Part shown: positions 1-13,456 of the stretch, one piece after another
Numbering within the stretch: position 1 is the stretch's first letter
How the letters are laid out: every line of letters begins with the position of its first letter
Assembly (NCBI GenBank): GCA_002104905.1
Contig: MCFE01000072.1
Span: forward strand, 1 to 64,000
Direction: 5' to 3'
DNA from: Basidiobolus meristosporus CBS 931.73
Taxonomy: Eukaryota > Fungi > Basidiobolomycota
DNA length: 64,000 nucleotides
The notes under the pieces: model-generated
Seen by the model: the letters and a program-made list of their open reading frames with translations, nothing else
What the model was told of the DNA's origin: nothing
The model's database searches: none
Program-made: the position numbers and the translations under genes

Positions 1-530
1 AAGTGCGTTAGGGACTCATGTAAAACTATCATGATGAAAAATAAAAGCACTTTATTACCGCGCGGCTGATGATTGATAACTCCCGCTAGACACAAGTAAA
101 TGTAGCAAGTGGGTATCCTTAAAACCTGTTGGGGTATGGTTACCACGCACTATAAAAGTGCATTAGGGACTCATGTAAAACTATCATGATGAAAAATAAA
201 AGCACTTTATTACCGCGTGGCTGATGATTGATGACTCCCGCTAGACACAAGTAAACATAGCAAGTGGGTATCCTTAAAACCTGTTGGGGTATGGTTACCG
301 CGCACTATGAAAGTGCGTTAGGGATTCATACAAAACTAGCATGATGAAAAATAAAAGCATTTCAGTATTGCGCGGCTGATGATTGATGGCTCCCGCTAGA
401 CACAAGTAGACGTAGCTAGTGGACATCCTTAAAACCTGTTGGGGTATGGCTACTGCGTACTTTCAAAGTGCGTTAGGAACTCATGTAAAACTATCATGAT
501 GAAAAATAAAAGCACTTTTGTACCACGTGG
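1..530. repeat. 155-bp tandem repeat (satellite/minisatellite), about 3.4 copies visible, runs off the window start
   Basis: The unit start aagtgc(g/a)ttaggga recurs at 1, 156, 311 and 466. Copies differ mainly at CpG positions. Confidence 0.95.
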
Positions 531-1048
531 CTAAGTTTTACAATTCCCGCGGGATACATGTGCGCATAGAACATAAGTAGTAGTTGCAATGGTGTCAAAT
601 AAAGTTTCTATTATAGCCATAATATATATTGAACTTTTGGATACACTTTATATTTGGTAAAAGCAATTGGGTTACAGAAAATTTGTATTGGCCATGAATT
701 TTTTTATCATATTAGGGCCGCGCAATTTATGGTGCCCAAAGCTTATCAAAATATGGGATTGTGGTCAGATTGGGATGAATCCCATTAATTATTAGATATA
801 TATTAAAAATAACAATTTATTAATTAAATAGTCATCAAGACTTATACAGAGTGTATGGACAGTATAGGGAGACAAATATTGGCCCAGACATGCCCACCAT
901 ATGAGCAGACAATGTGCCAATTGTAGGGTAAAAATATTTAAGGTTAGGGTGATAAGGGTTAGGAGGAGGAATTCTAACCCTAAGGGACCAGAACCAAGAA
1001 TGAGAGAAAAGTAATCCAACGGGAATTTAAAGAGTATAAGAGCAGTAT

Positions 1049-1118
1049 GGGGGATTGCATCCCCCAAACCCCCTGCTTTTTTATTCTCTAGGGGACTGCG
1101 TCCCCCAGACCCCCTGCT
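1049..1118. repeat. Two copies of a GGGG-x-CCCC hairpin plus C-tract motif
   Basis: gggggattgcatcccccaaaccccctgct (1049-1077) and ggggactgcgtcccccagaccccctgct (1091-1118). Confidence 0.7.
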
Positions 1119-1643
1119 CTTCTAACCTTTTTCTAGCCCTTACTATAACACCTACACCCAAACATAACAAATCCCAGTTACAATTTATTTTACCCCACCT
1201 CTGAATCTATTTTTAGCTATCACACCTGATCTATTTTCAAATGGTCATTACGTTATGAACCTATCTGCCAAGCCTTCCCAGGTGATTAGTCATCTGAGAT
1301 CTATCCAACCACTGTGCAGTTGCCAAGATATCAGTTGATTGATGATGTAATTTTCATTCATCTTATGCACCTATGAACACCCAAATTGATTTCAATCAAT
1401 CCAGTCCCTTGGCCCTTACTAATTCAATTAGATCAGAAAAGTATAAATAAAGTTTACTGAACCTTTTGGTTTAGTGTGTGTCTCAACAAAATTCAGATTC
1501 TGTCTCAGCAAAAATAAGAATCCAACAATTCCGTTCTAGTTTCTATCCAAGCCTAGTATATCTAGCACTCCAAAGAACACCAAGCCTAGCCTGCCTAGCA
1601 AACAAATATCATTGTCTTTATAGCCAACCCAGCTATATCCAAG

Positions 1644-1909
1644 ACCAATATTACATCAGAATCTTTCTGCTAATATTTCCGCCACTCTCTGATAATTCTA
1701 AGATTCTGCACTTAATTGTCCCTTTGGTTCAGTTAAGCCATTCAAGAGTTTTATTACACTTTCTCTTTGATACAACACCAATATTAGATCAGAATCTTTC
1801 TGCTAATATTTCTGCCACTCTCTGACAATTCTAAGATTCTGCACTTAATTGTCCCTTTGGTTCAGTTAAACCATTCAAGAGTTTTATCACACTTTCTCTT
1901 GGATACAAC
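1644..1909. repeat. 133-bp tandem duplication inside the TE island
   Basis: accaatatta...gatacaac at 1644-1776 is repeated at 1777-1909 with a few substitutions, including ccgcc to ctgcc. Confidence 0.9.
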
Positions 1910-1939
1910 AAGGTCTATGTTTCTGGATCCACAAGTAAG

Positions 1940-2813
1940 AATTCTTCACCCAAGTGAGCAATCAGCTGTGTTCTCAGTTCCTAATGGAGTGGTTCAAGGC
2001 TCTGTGCTTGGTCCTATACTGTTTGCCATCTTCCTGAATGATTTCCCATGACTCTCAGCTGACTGCCTGGTTACTCTCTTTGCTGATGACATCAGAATAT
2101 CCTCCTCCAATGTGCAACAAGACTCCCAGACCATCCACCAGTATCTGCAGAAGAATAATCTCCAGCTTTTGATTGCAAAGACAGTACCTTTGGGCTCTCC
2201 CATCAACTTGGAGAACTCCACTCTACCTGCTCAGGTTTCTGCTACATATCTTGGCTTTCCTTTCCTTCCTACTGGACTAGACTCTGGAGTACACCTGAAG
2301 AGGAGAATTATCCTGGCAAGACAGGCACTCCACAAGCTACTGGCTGTTACTCCTCCTATAACTTCAGCTCCCAGCTGCCTCCTTCTACTCAAGCAGTTTG
2401 TCTTCCCTGTCCTGGAGTTTGGCTTACCACTTCTCTCTCTTACTTCTAGAGACTGCACTAAGCTTGACAAGTTTGCAGTATGGTGCATTACCTCCTTGGT
2501 GCCTCATCTGCCTGAATGCCCCTACAGACATGCTATTCTTGGTGCTTTTGGGTTTATGCCCTATAAGATCAGACTTCTCTACCTTAGAACCAGATTATAT
2601 CTCAGACTTCACCACTGCAACAACCCACTGATTAAGGCCTGGAAGAGAACACACCACACTACACCTGGCTCCTGCTGGAGAACTATACTTGGAGATCCTG
2701 AAGTCAAGAAGTTTGCTCAATTTATTCTGCAGTCAGAAAAACCCAAGCTGGCCTACCTGAAGTACTTGACAGACCTTTGGCAGCAATATCTGCAGCAGCA
2801 CACTCCTTTATGA
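1940..2813 (+). mobile_element. Decayed non-LTR (LINE) retrotransposon, reverse transcriptase remnant
   Basis: RT motifs GVVQGSVLGPILFAIFLND, then an in-frame TGA at 2049-2051, then LFADDIRI and ATYLG. The frame continues through ORF 2112-2813. The 5' part is missing. Confidence 0.9.
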
Positions 2814-2983
2814 TGAATATCAATCCTTATCACATTCCCCTCATTAATGTTGTTCACACGTCATTCTTACCTCTCTTGCTACCCCCCTTCCCACTGAACA
2901 GTGTCTTGAGCACTGAAGAGCTATCATCGCTTCTTATTAACTTACCTACAAATTCCCCTCAGCTACACACTCTTGTATCAAAG

Positions 2984-3425
2984 CTACAACAGTAGTGCTG
3001 GCTTCTTTGTTTCAACTGAAATAAGGATTTCACCTGTTGGTGACTGTCTCCCCCCTAACCCTTTTTGTCTCAGATACATCTTCTTGGCAGCTGAACACAA
3101 CTGGTAGGTGTCTTCTAATGCCTTCCAGGCATTCTTTGCCGTGTTTGCTCTTGAGCATTGAATTAGCAATTTGCCCTTAACATTAAGGCAAATGCAGTTA
3201 ATGTCACTTTGTTCTTTCTTCTGGTACTTCAAGGCCTCCTCTCCCACATTCTTTAGGTGGGCATTCTTCTCCCATGACAATATCCCAAAGGCCTCTTTCT
3301 TGTAGCAGCATCTTCATTTTCACCTTCCACACTTGGTAGTTAGATCCATCCAACTTTTCAGCAGAGGGAAAAATTCCAGTAATAGCAGTAGTAGACATTG
3401 CAGAGAGTGACAGCTTGGGGCTCAT
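2984..3425 (-). mobile_element. Ty1/copia gag fragment, frameshifted and truncated
   Basis: EKLDGSNYQVWKVKMKMLLQERGLWDIVMGEE is a typical copia gag N-terminus. TAKNAWKALEDTYQ lies in a second frame. The ORF starts within the PBS next to the LTR. Confidence 0.88.
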
Positions 3426-3429
3426 AACC
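3418..3429 (-). other. Primer-binding site GGTTATGAGCCC (internal half-tRNA-iMet type)
   Basis: The minus strand reads ...cttttacaaa GGTTATGAGCCC caag directly after the LTR end. This matches the Ty5/Drosophila copia class of PBS. Confidence 0.8.
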
Positions 3430-3430
3430 T

Positions 3431-3798
3431 TTGTAAAAGTCTTAGAGATATTGGAAGTGATTGGGAGAATAAGTAGATGATGTGGTTTTCACTTAATGAA
3501 TGTACAAGTAGTATTTATACTTTTACATGGTCTTGGCATTACAAACATGTAGAATAGATTAAGGAAGGTCCCAAGAGCATGTGTGCAAAGTTTGGGGCTG
3601 TTTGGACAACTTTGAGAATTTACATGTTCTGGGTACCTGGTATTTTGATGAAAATATTCTAAGTAAATCCGGACAAGGAATTTGGTCAGTATTCACTAGG
3701 ATTTAAGGGTAATGGTCGAAGTGACTAAGTTAGGTGAATATTTAGGTGGAATTACAAACTTTTATAACATTTTTAGGTATATTTACAAAATTACAACA
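3431..3798 (-). mobile_element. 5' LTR (about 370 bp) of the copia element
   Basis: Starts TGTTG on the minus strand (caaca ending at 3798). Aligns along its length with the solo LTR at 45004-45372 and abuts the PBS. Confidence 0.85.
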
Positions 3799-3848
3799 AT
3801 AATCACCTTGGGTATGCCCAGAGCTTTATGACTTAGTGATCAAGATTC

Positions 3849-4194
3849 TGATGTAAATTTTATAATTGAACCTACATATTCACCTAACTTGGTCACTTGA
3901 CTTATGGTTTGCAAGTCTTATAGACTTCTAGTCAAACTTCCTGTTGGGTCTTGCTTGGAATACTGCACTAGAATATCATGTACCCAGGATATGAAGAATC
4001 AGTAAGCTGTCCAAGGATCCCCAAACTTTGTGCATATGCTCTTCAGATCTTTCTGAGCATTTTCTATGGGTTTTTCTGCTAAGATCATGTATGAGTGTAA
4101 ACAACAACTTCACATTCAATTAATTATTGAGTAAAAACCACATAAACCACTTGCTCCCCCAACTACTTCTAATATTGGCAAAGCTTTGACAACA
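3849..4194 (+). mobile_element. Degenerate LTR of the same family, opposite orientation
   Basis: Shares cacctaacttggtcac, ccaaactttgtgcatatgctct, cacattcaat and a terminal caaca with the other LTR copies. Confidence 0.7.
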
Positions 4195-4997
4195 GTTTCA
4201 TATGTCATCTTGTCCGTTGACCATGTGATCAGTCCTACTCAAAGCATTTTTACCACTCCTGATCTGGGTGATTGATCTTACTGGCTTCCATAGAGTTTCC
4301 TTTCTATGTGCCTACTTGTTTAAAAGCTATCCATGCGGCAGCCAGTTACTGAATTTTGTCTCATTGAGACAAATATTTAGCCTGCAAGTGATTGTCTCTC
4401 CCAAATGCCAAGAACCTCATGGTTGAATGTGTTCCTCATGGCATATACATAAGGTATTTTTCTGGATCTGTCCTGGGCAATGCCACTTTCCCTGCTTTAT
4501 AGACTATCAGCATACAACACTTTAGCTCAGCGCACCCATATGCTCTACCTCCCAAGGGCCACATGTATATATAACGCTTTGACGCCAAGGGTTTCAAATG
4601 CAGATCAAAGACAATATCCTCAACAAAATCCTTTCCTGAGTAAACGGTTGGTGACTCACTAAACACTTGCCCAACTTTGCAGCGTCTGTGCGCTATTGTA
4701 AGCTTTGATTGACATCATGTATGCAACGTGCTGTACTACACAAGAGCAAATAGATTGATCAAGAATAACATGCAGCTAGCTCCAAATATGCGGTAATTAG
4801 TACAGCATGGATGAGAAAGTGGCATCAATATCATTGTCAAAATGCACAGTGAAGTGCATCATCTCTTGTTTATAAGCTCCATTAAAAAGAAATAGGAGCT
4901 TCAATACACTTGAACTCGCTCCACTTACTCAACTCATCTTTAGATTGAACTTCCCCGGAAATCCTTCCATACATTCATTTGCGTTGAAATACTTGAC

Positions 4998-6929
4998 ATG
5001 GCTACTCTTGTACCAGAGAACGCATACAGTATCTTGACTGAGGTTATTAAATTTACCGTACCAGTGAGCCTCGGAGTGGCAACTTTTGCTTTCCTAGCGG
5101 GAAAGATGAATACCTCGCCAGGGATCAGGGCTTTTGAAGAGGTAACCTATGGGATCCCTTATGGTATAGCCTTTTCAATCTTACTGACTCTTCTGCTTTA
5201 GCTACCGATGGTTCCATTAGCAAACGGAAATACCACTCATGAACAGGCGTATGAGAGTGACCGCATTGGTTGGATTGAAAAGCAGCGTGCTCTGTATGGA
5301 GATATGTTCAAGGTTAAGATGTATGGGCAAACGCTGATTGTCGTCAGTGGCACCATGATCCGCGAAGTTTTTATCAATGAAAACATGAGCTTTGCTGATG
5401 CCTTGAACGAGGTAAGGGAGGCATTTTAGCGCAAATCGTTCGGCATAGGTACACCAACATGACACTAGATAACAGGTACACGGCCTTTTATACACAGTGT
5501 GATTAAGAGCAACAAAGAAGATGTCAACACATTCCTTTCCGGAGTTATTCGTGATCTTATTTCGCCAAACCTGATGTCGTTCACCCCCAGGATTGTAAAT
5601 CAACTCCAAATCACTCTTGACAAGACTATAGGCCGTAGCAATGGAGAAGGTTTGAACGGAACCACTTGCTTCCGGCGCCTATGCTGACATTCCTTCTGCA
5701 GGCAAGCTGATAAAAGACCCACTTGTAAAGTTTCGGGAGATGATAGCAAGCGCAAGTAAGTACTCTACATGCATACCGCAAGGGATAGTGGATCAGTCAT
5801 CTTTTGCTTGCCTGTATCACTGACTTTTCCGTGCCTATACCCCGATGCTCCTATTGACTGAGGTTCTTCATTTAGTGGCCGTTATCTTTGTGGGTTCCGA
5901 GATTGCTGCGGATAAAGTTGTGATGAATACATTTATGAATTGCACCAAAGACTTCAGTGATCTGTTCGGCAAGGGTAAGCGGCCACGCGCTGACTCCTGG
6001 GTTTCTTGGCTGGTGCGCAAAAAGCATACATACATCTCCCCAATGAGGAAGCATGTTGATATCCTGATGAATGCCGCTAAGCCGGTGATTTTAGAGCGAA
6101 AACGTCTCGAGGCTGAGCAGGGTGAAAACTTCCAACGGCCTGTAGGTTTATATAGCCTCGTTCTTTATAATAACCGAAGCAGCATACAAGATAGAAGAGG
6201 CATTTTTTGTCTAACATATCTCTCATATAGGATGATATTCTACAACAATTACTAGACCGTGCCCAGCATTACAAACTGGTTGATCTTGAGGATATTTGTG
6301 GTTTTATCCTGCTTTTGGTCTTTGCCTCGGTGAATACGACCACAGATTTTACAACTTACATATGCTACTATCTTGCAGCCTTTCCCCAATATTACGAGAC
6401 CTTGCACGAAGAGATGAATAGAGTTTTGGATGAAGAGGCAAAGGAAAATGGGAATACATCGCGAGAGTGGACAGCGGCGGCGGTGAAAAAAATGGCGCAT
6501 CTAGACTCGTTTGTTCGAGAGTCGGTTCGTTACCGATTGAACATGCTGGAGCTGCCACACTATGTACGAAAGGATTCCCAAATGTCAAACGGCGTTATTA
6601 TCCCTAAGGGCCAAACCGTCATATGCAATCTCCACTCGACTCATTATGGAGATGAACAAGGTGAAAACCCACACGAGTTCAATCCCTGGAGGTTTGTGGG
6701 ACAAACCAAAACGGCAGCGAGAGTTGGATTGGACTTTCTTCCCTTTGGTCTTGGTAAACGGGCTTGTCCGGGCCGATACTTGTCTATTCAAGAAATCAAG
6801 ACGGTTATTTGCATGATTGTCACTGCGTACTCCAAAATCGAGTTTGAGGATCCTGTCAAAGGGAACCAATCCCTTCACATTCGATTTGGTTCACCAGTCA
6901 CGACAGGTCTGATCTTCACCAGCCGCTAG
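4998..6929 (+). CDS. Cytochrome P450, multi-exon
   Basis: N-terminal hydrophobic anchor, I-helix VFASVNTTT, K-helix FVRESVR and heme motif PFGLGKRACPG. The first GT-AG introns (5142-5201, 5412-5468) keep the frame. Confidence 0.95.
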
Positions 6930-7448
6930 CTACCACAAGTTTAGTTAGCTGAAGTGAATGCGCTATCCCTAAGTTCTTGTCCTCATGGAGGTGTGCAATA
7001 TTGCGCAATATCGTCTAATAGCATCTGTATTTCGTTCAGCTTCTAGTTGCACTTTTATAAAATAGCTTGAACCCAGCATCGACAGTCAACAGAACAGCCT
7101 TAAATCTGTTGCTCCAGTAGACATCATATCAATGGCAGGGAATTTCGGGATTCAAGATATGAATCATTAGCATTATTGCTCCTGCATGACTGTCAGAAGC
7201 AACTCCCAACAAACGAAATACTTGAGGTAAATGATATGTATGTATATGCATACATTTTGATAGTCAGATTCCTGAGATTGGTGAATTGCGAATACTTGAA
7301 ACTCATGATCGAATTCTCTTAAATCCACGCTTGTTCGTCTAACCTGAACACCAAAATGTATGATCATCCAACATGGCAATAATAATAAATTATTTTCAGG
7401 TTGTATTGCTGGCTACTTAGTGCTGATGATCAAGCTCTACAGAGTCTG

Positions 7449-8462
7449 ATGGCGTCCGCGAGTAGATTCCATATACTGGGTGCCGGTGCTATAGGCTGCT
7501 TACTTGCTCATCATTTACGCCAAGCAAACTATCCAGTCACGCTTTTGCTTCGAAATGCTGAAAGTTTGCAAAAGTTTGGCCTCACCAATTCTGTGCTCAT
7601 AACCCCTGCTCACTCAAAAGATCCAACTTCACAAGCTATAAGGACTACTGGAATAGATGCCGAGGCTCTCGATTCCAGAAACAATTCTGAGGACATTAAG
7701 CACCTAATAGTTACGACCAAAACATATGATACGACGGTAGCCTTCAAGAGCATTAAGGATCGGTTGAATCCAGATTCCACAGTGACCTTGGTACAAAATG
7801 GGATGGGTGTATATGAGGAAACGATAAAGGAGTTTTATCCGGAGGCTAGGGGGGTCGAAATTCCTAGCTTTATTTTGGGGACCACTACTCATGGTTGCTT
7901 CCGAACCGAACCTTTTCGAGTGATTCATGCAGGCTTTGGCAAGATGCTCTTTGGCGCTGTAGACACAGAAAAGCGGTCCACCCCTCAAGTAAACCAAGCC
8001 ATGGGAGCATTTGCAAAATTGGAATTGAACGTTCAGGTAGACCAGCCTTACGATGTCCTCAGAATCAAGCTTTTCGAGAAACTGGTGGTGAATGCATGTA
8101 TTAACCCGCTCACGGCGACCTTGGGCTGCAAAAATGGAGCACTGTTGGATGACGTTCATACAATTCAACTGCTGAAAGATACATGTCACGAAGCCTTTCA
8201 AATCATTCAAGCAGAGTTCGGAAACACAGCTGACAGCATATCGTATAGGACTCTAGAGAAGGCGGTATTCGATGTTTGCAACGCCACACTTGACAACAGA
8301 TCCTCGATGCTTCAGGATGTTTCCGCCAATAGAAGAAGCGAGATCGATTACATCAATGGGTATTTAGTCCATCTTGCGGAGAAACATAATCTTCCTTCGC
8401 CAATCAACCGAATGTGGCAGCAACTGATCAAAGCCAGATCAAGGATACATGCTATGGCCTGA
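7449..8462 (+). CDS. PAN5: 2-dehydropantoate 2-reductase (ketopantoate reductase, ApbA/PanE family), intronless
   Basis: ILGAGAIG Rossmann motif, QNGMG, KLVVNACINPLTA, NRSSMLQDV and SEIDYINGY. ATG at 7449. Confidence 0.95.
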   Translation: MASASRFHILGAGAIGCLLAHHLRQANYPVTLLLRNAESLQKFGLTNSVLITPAHSKDPTSQAIRTTGIDAEALDSRNNSEDIKHLIVTTKTYDTTVAFKSIKDRLNPDSTVTLVQNGMGVYEETIKEFYPEARGVEIPSFILGTTTHGCFRTEPFRVIHAGFGKMLFGAVDTEKRSTPQVNQAMGAFAKLELNVQVDQPYDVLRIKLFEKLVVNACINPLTATLGCKNGALLDDVHTIQLLKDTCHEAFQIIQAEFGNTADSISYRTLEKAVFDVCNATLDNRSSMLQDVSANRRSEIDYINGYLVHLAEKHNLPSPINRMWQQLIKARSRIHAMA

Positions 8463-8637
8463 TTATATTTGAACAATTGGTCACATATCGCATATCACCG
8501 CCCATTCATCGCCATTGCTAACAGGGTGTCCTTTTCTGGTACCGTTACGTTACTCAGCCACCTGACCTATCCTTTCACTTATTATAAGCAAGCCCCTGTG
8601 TTCCAATCCATAAACCTGCTAATAAATGCATTTGTCA

Positions 8638-10659
<2,022 letters not shown>

Positions 10660-10806
10660 TACTCCCAATGTGCTATGTACTTGTTAATTTCACCACTGAG
10701 TTGCCACTATTTTCTCCAATAAATCTAATCTACTGGCATTGGCCAATTTTCTGTATGATCCTCTCGATCATGATTCTGTGCATTTCTTGGAAGACTAGGA
10801 TTAGAG

Positions 10807-10827
10807 TATATATATATATATATATAT
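10807..10827. repeat. (TA)n microsatellite
   Basis: Ten TA units plus T, read directly. Confidence 0.9.
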
Positions 10828-10962
10828 CATGAAGTGCATGTATCAATTTGCGGTCTTCAGGGCTACCTGACCAAACATATTTGGCTAAATACACCACTTA
10901 ATATATATAAATCCGGTGGAGAGTACTTAACTGGCCTTTGGACACATACCAGTGAATTACAG

Positions 10963-11883
10963 ATGGTTGAGTTAGTTTTTACAGAACGCATTCGTAAAGC
11001 TTCAGAGAAAGCACTGGAGGTCGAGGGTTGCAGCGAGTCTTTGAAGAAGCAGATAGAGGCACTTCTTGAGGAGGATCGCCGCATTGCGAAAGAGAACGAG
11101 GCAGAGAGAATTGCCGCGGCTGAGCGTGAAAAGGCGAACACCGATCCCGAGTATGCCAACCAGCCGGTCATCCAAAAAACCTCCACTATCAATTTCTCTC
11201 TAGCCCAAGCAATCTCACAGACCCTTCTGAATGCGAGCTCCTTGCAAGGTACTGGGACCACAGCTTTGTGTCCTAGCCAGCTGATTACTGAAAAGCCATT
11301 TGTCCCTTAGAGAAGAAAGAGTATTATCTACACGAGTTGGTTAAAAGCAGTCAGGTCTACTCTGAGCCCCCTAAGCCACGCATCAGAGTAAGAGTACAAG
11401 TGTCTATACCATGTTGCCAGCAGTATACTCATCCTGGGTTGAAATTTAGAGTCCTGAACTGATTGCCCACCTCGAAAAGATCAAGGTTGAGTTGGCCAAT
11501 AAGGAATACGCTACTATGGTTAAAGACGTAGAGGAGACCGATACAGCCACCTTCCAACTGGATACCAAGGAATGGAAGGAAATGAAGGGTCAGCTCACAG
11601 CAATCCTCAACATCTTCTTCACCATGATTTCAGTCTTTGTGGCTATTTACTGGGTGGGCTATACAGTGACAAACGACATAGGAATGGTAGGCTTTGTATT
11701 CTTCCACCTCAAGCCCCTTGGTTTTGCTCCATCGTACTAACTACAAAATTCCTCGTACTCGAACAGAAAGTGCTACTTGGCCTTGCTGGTGCACTCATAG
11801 TAGGAATTGCCGAAGCATGGCTGTATATTTCCTACAGCAATCGCTCCAAAAACTCAGCAAAAAAGCAAAAGAAGAATCAATAA
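10963..11883 (+). CDS. VMA12: V-ATPase assembly factor Vma12/TMEM199, multi-exon
   Basis: SPELIAHLEKIKVELANKEYATMVKDV, then two TM helices (QLTAILNIFFTMISVFVAIYWVG; VLLGLAGALIVGIAEAWLY) and a lysine-rich tail. Confidence 0.8.
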
Positions 11884-12379
11884 TCTGATCCGACGCGCTT
11901 TGAAATATCTATCTTACAAGTCAGCAACTGACTCTCCGGTGTGGCTACCTCCCAATGTAATAGCATGGCCATCAGCAATCATCTAAACGCAACTGTCATC
12001 CTACAGATGATAGGTACATCGTTTTATGCAGCACGTGAATAAAATCAATGTAGAATACATTCTCATGAACAACACCAAGTACATACCATTGTTCGACCAA
12101 CCCAAGGACCCATAGATACAATGTTCAATGATTCACTGTCAGCTTACCGCCTGGAATATTACATCAACCAAAAAACTAGTGTTATAACTATTGTACAGAA
12201 AGCTAAATACATTGAATCATGTGACCGTGATCATAAGCTTCCCCTCGTGTGAAACCTTTGTCCTATTATAGACGAGGGGATCTATGCACCAGTAAGTGAT
12301 ATTTCATGTGTTTAATACAAGAATAATATGATGACAGGAAGATGGTGAAATGTATACATGAGTTCGAGGATTATTCCAG

Positions 12380-13456
12380 TTACTGACTATACTGCTTGTA
12401 GAAGCTCTCCAGGTCCATGACATCCTCCTTGGATCCCAGGAATATAGGGCTGCGATCGTGTAGTGAGTCGGGCACGTATTCCAGCATCCTTTGCTTTCCG
12501 GTGGTAGCACGTCCCCCTGCCTGTTCAATAATCATCGCCATAGGGAAGCATTCGTAGAGTACACGAAGCTTGCCTTTGGTGGATTTCTTATCGGCAGGGT
12601 AGGCGAAAATCCCACCATAGAGCTAATGTACGGTGAACATCAGCAACCATGGAGCCAACATATCTGGAAGAGTAGGGCTTCTTGCCTTCCTCCTTTGGGA
12701 ACTTCACCGAATCGAAGTATTTTGTGCAAGCCTCATCCCAGTACATGGCATTTCCTTCGTTGACCGAGTAAATCTTGCCTCGGGGGGAGCATTGAATGTT
12801 TGGATGTGTAAGTACAAACTCACCAAGGGCACTGTCGAGCGTGAAGCCATCTACGCCATTGCCTGTAGTGAGAATCATGTTGCATGATGAGCCATACATA
12901 CAATAGCCGGCAGCAACCATTTCAGTGCCAGGGCGAAGAACATCAGCAACTTCGCCTTCACTGCCCTCAGCTTTCTTGTAGATACCAAAGATAGTACCAA
13001 TGGTAACACCACAGTCAATGTTGCTGCTTCCATCCAGGGGATCGAAGACTACGCAGTATTTACCACGCATACTCTTTTCTTGAACATAAATGGCGTCGTC
13101 ATTTTCCTCCGATACCATCACAGAAACCTTGCCGGATGCGTTAAGAGCGTTGATGAAAATTTCATTCGCCAGGATATCAAGCTTCTTGACTTCCTCCCCT
13201 TGGACATTGGTGCTACCGGCAAGACCAACCCTAGAACAACCGAATCAGTACTGCTTCAGGTCGGGCTAGAAAAGAGTGTTACTTACAATTCAAGAAGACG
13301 GGCCTTGCGGACTTGGGTTGCCACGTATTTGGAACCCAACTGGATGGCGGCCATCAGCAAGGTAAAGTCACCGGTTGCCTCAGGAGCATGCTTAGTCTGT
13401 TGACTAATCAAGTAACGAGTAAGGGTGACGATGTTCGTTTTGGTGTGATCAGACAT
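12380..13456 (-). CDS. FBP1: Fructose-1,6-bisphosphatase class I, with a +1 frameshift near 12624 in this sequence
   Basis: [29 protein letters not shown] and [13 protein letters not shown]. The conserved tail [28 protein letters not shown] resumes in another frame and stops at 12380-12382. One intron near 13234-13287. Confidence 0.92.

Noticed and set aside
66-110. CTGATGA in each satellite unit suggested a hammerhead ribozyme or tandem snoRNA array
   Set aside because: No stem II followed by GAAA after the CUGAUGA core, and no box D with a closing stem in the unit.
4200-4666. ORFs 4436-4666 (-) and 4480-4662 (+) as a possible transposase fragment
   Set aside because: Stop-riddled continuation and no recognisable motif. 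Probably decayed repeat DNA, but unassignable.
12240-12280. 9-bp hairpin tcccctcgt/acgagggga as a possible H/ACA snoRNA
   Set aside because: No properly placed H box or second hairpin, and the ACA spacing is wrong. It may be chance or a 3' UTR structure.
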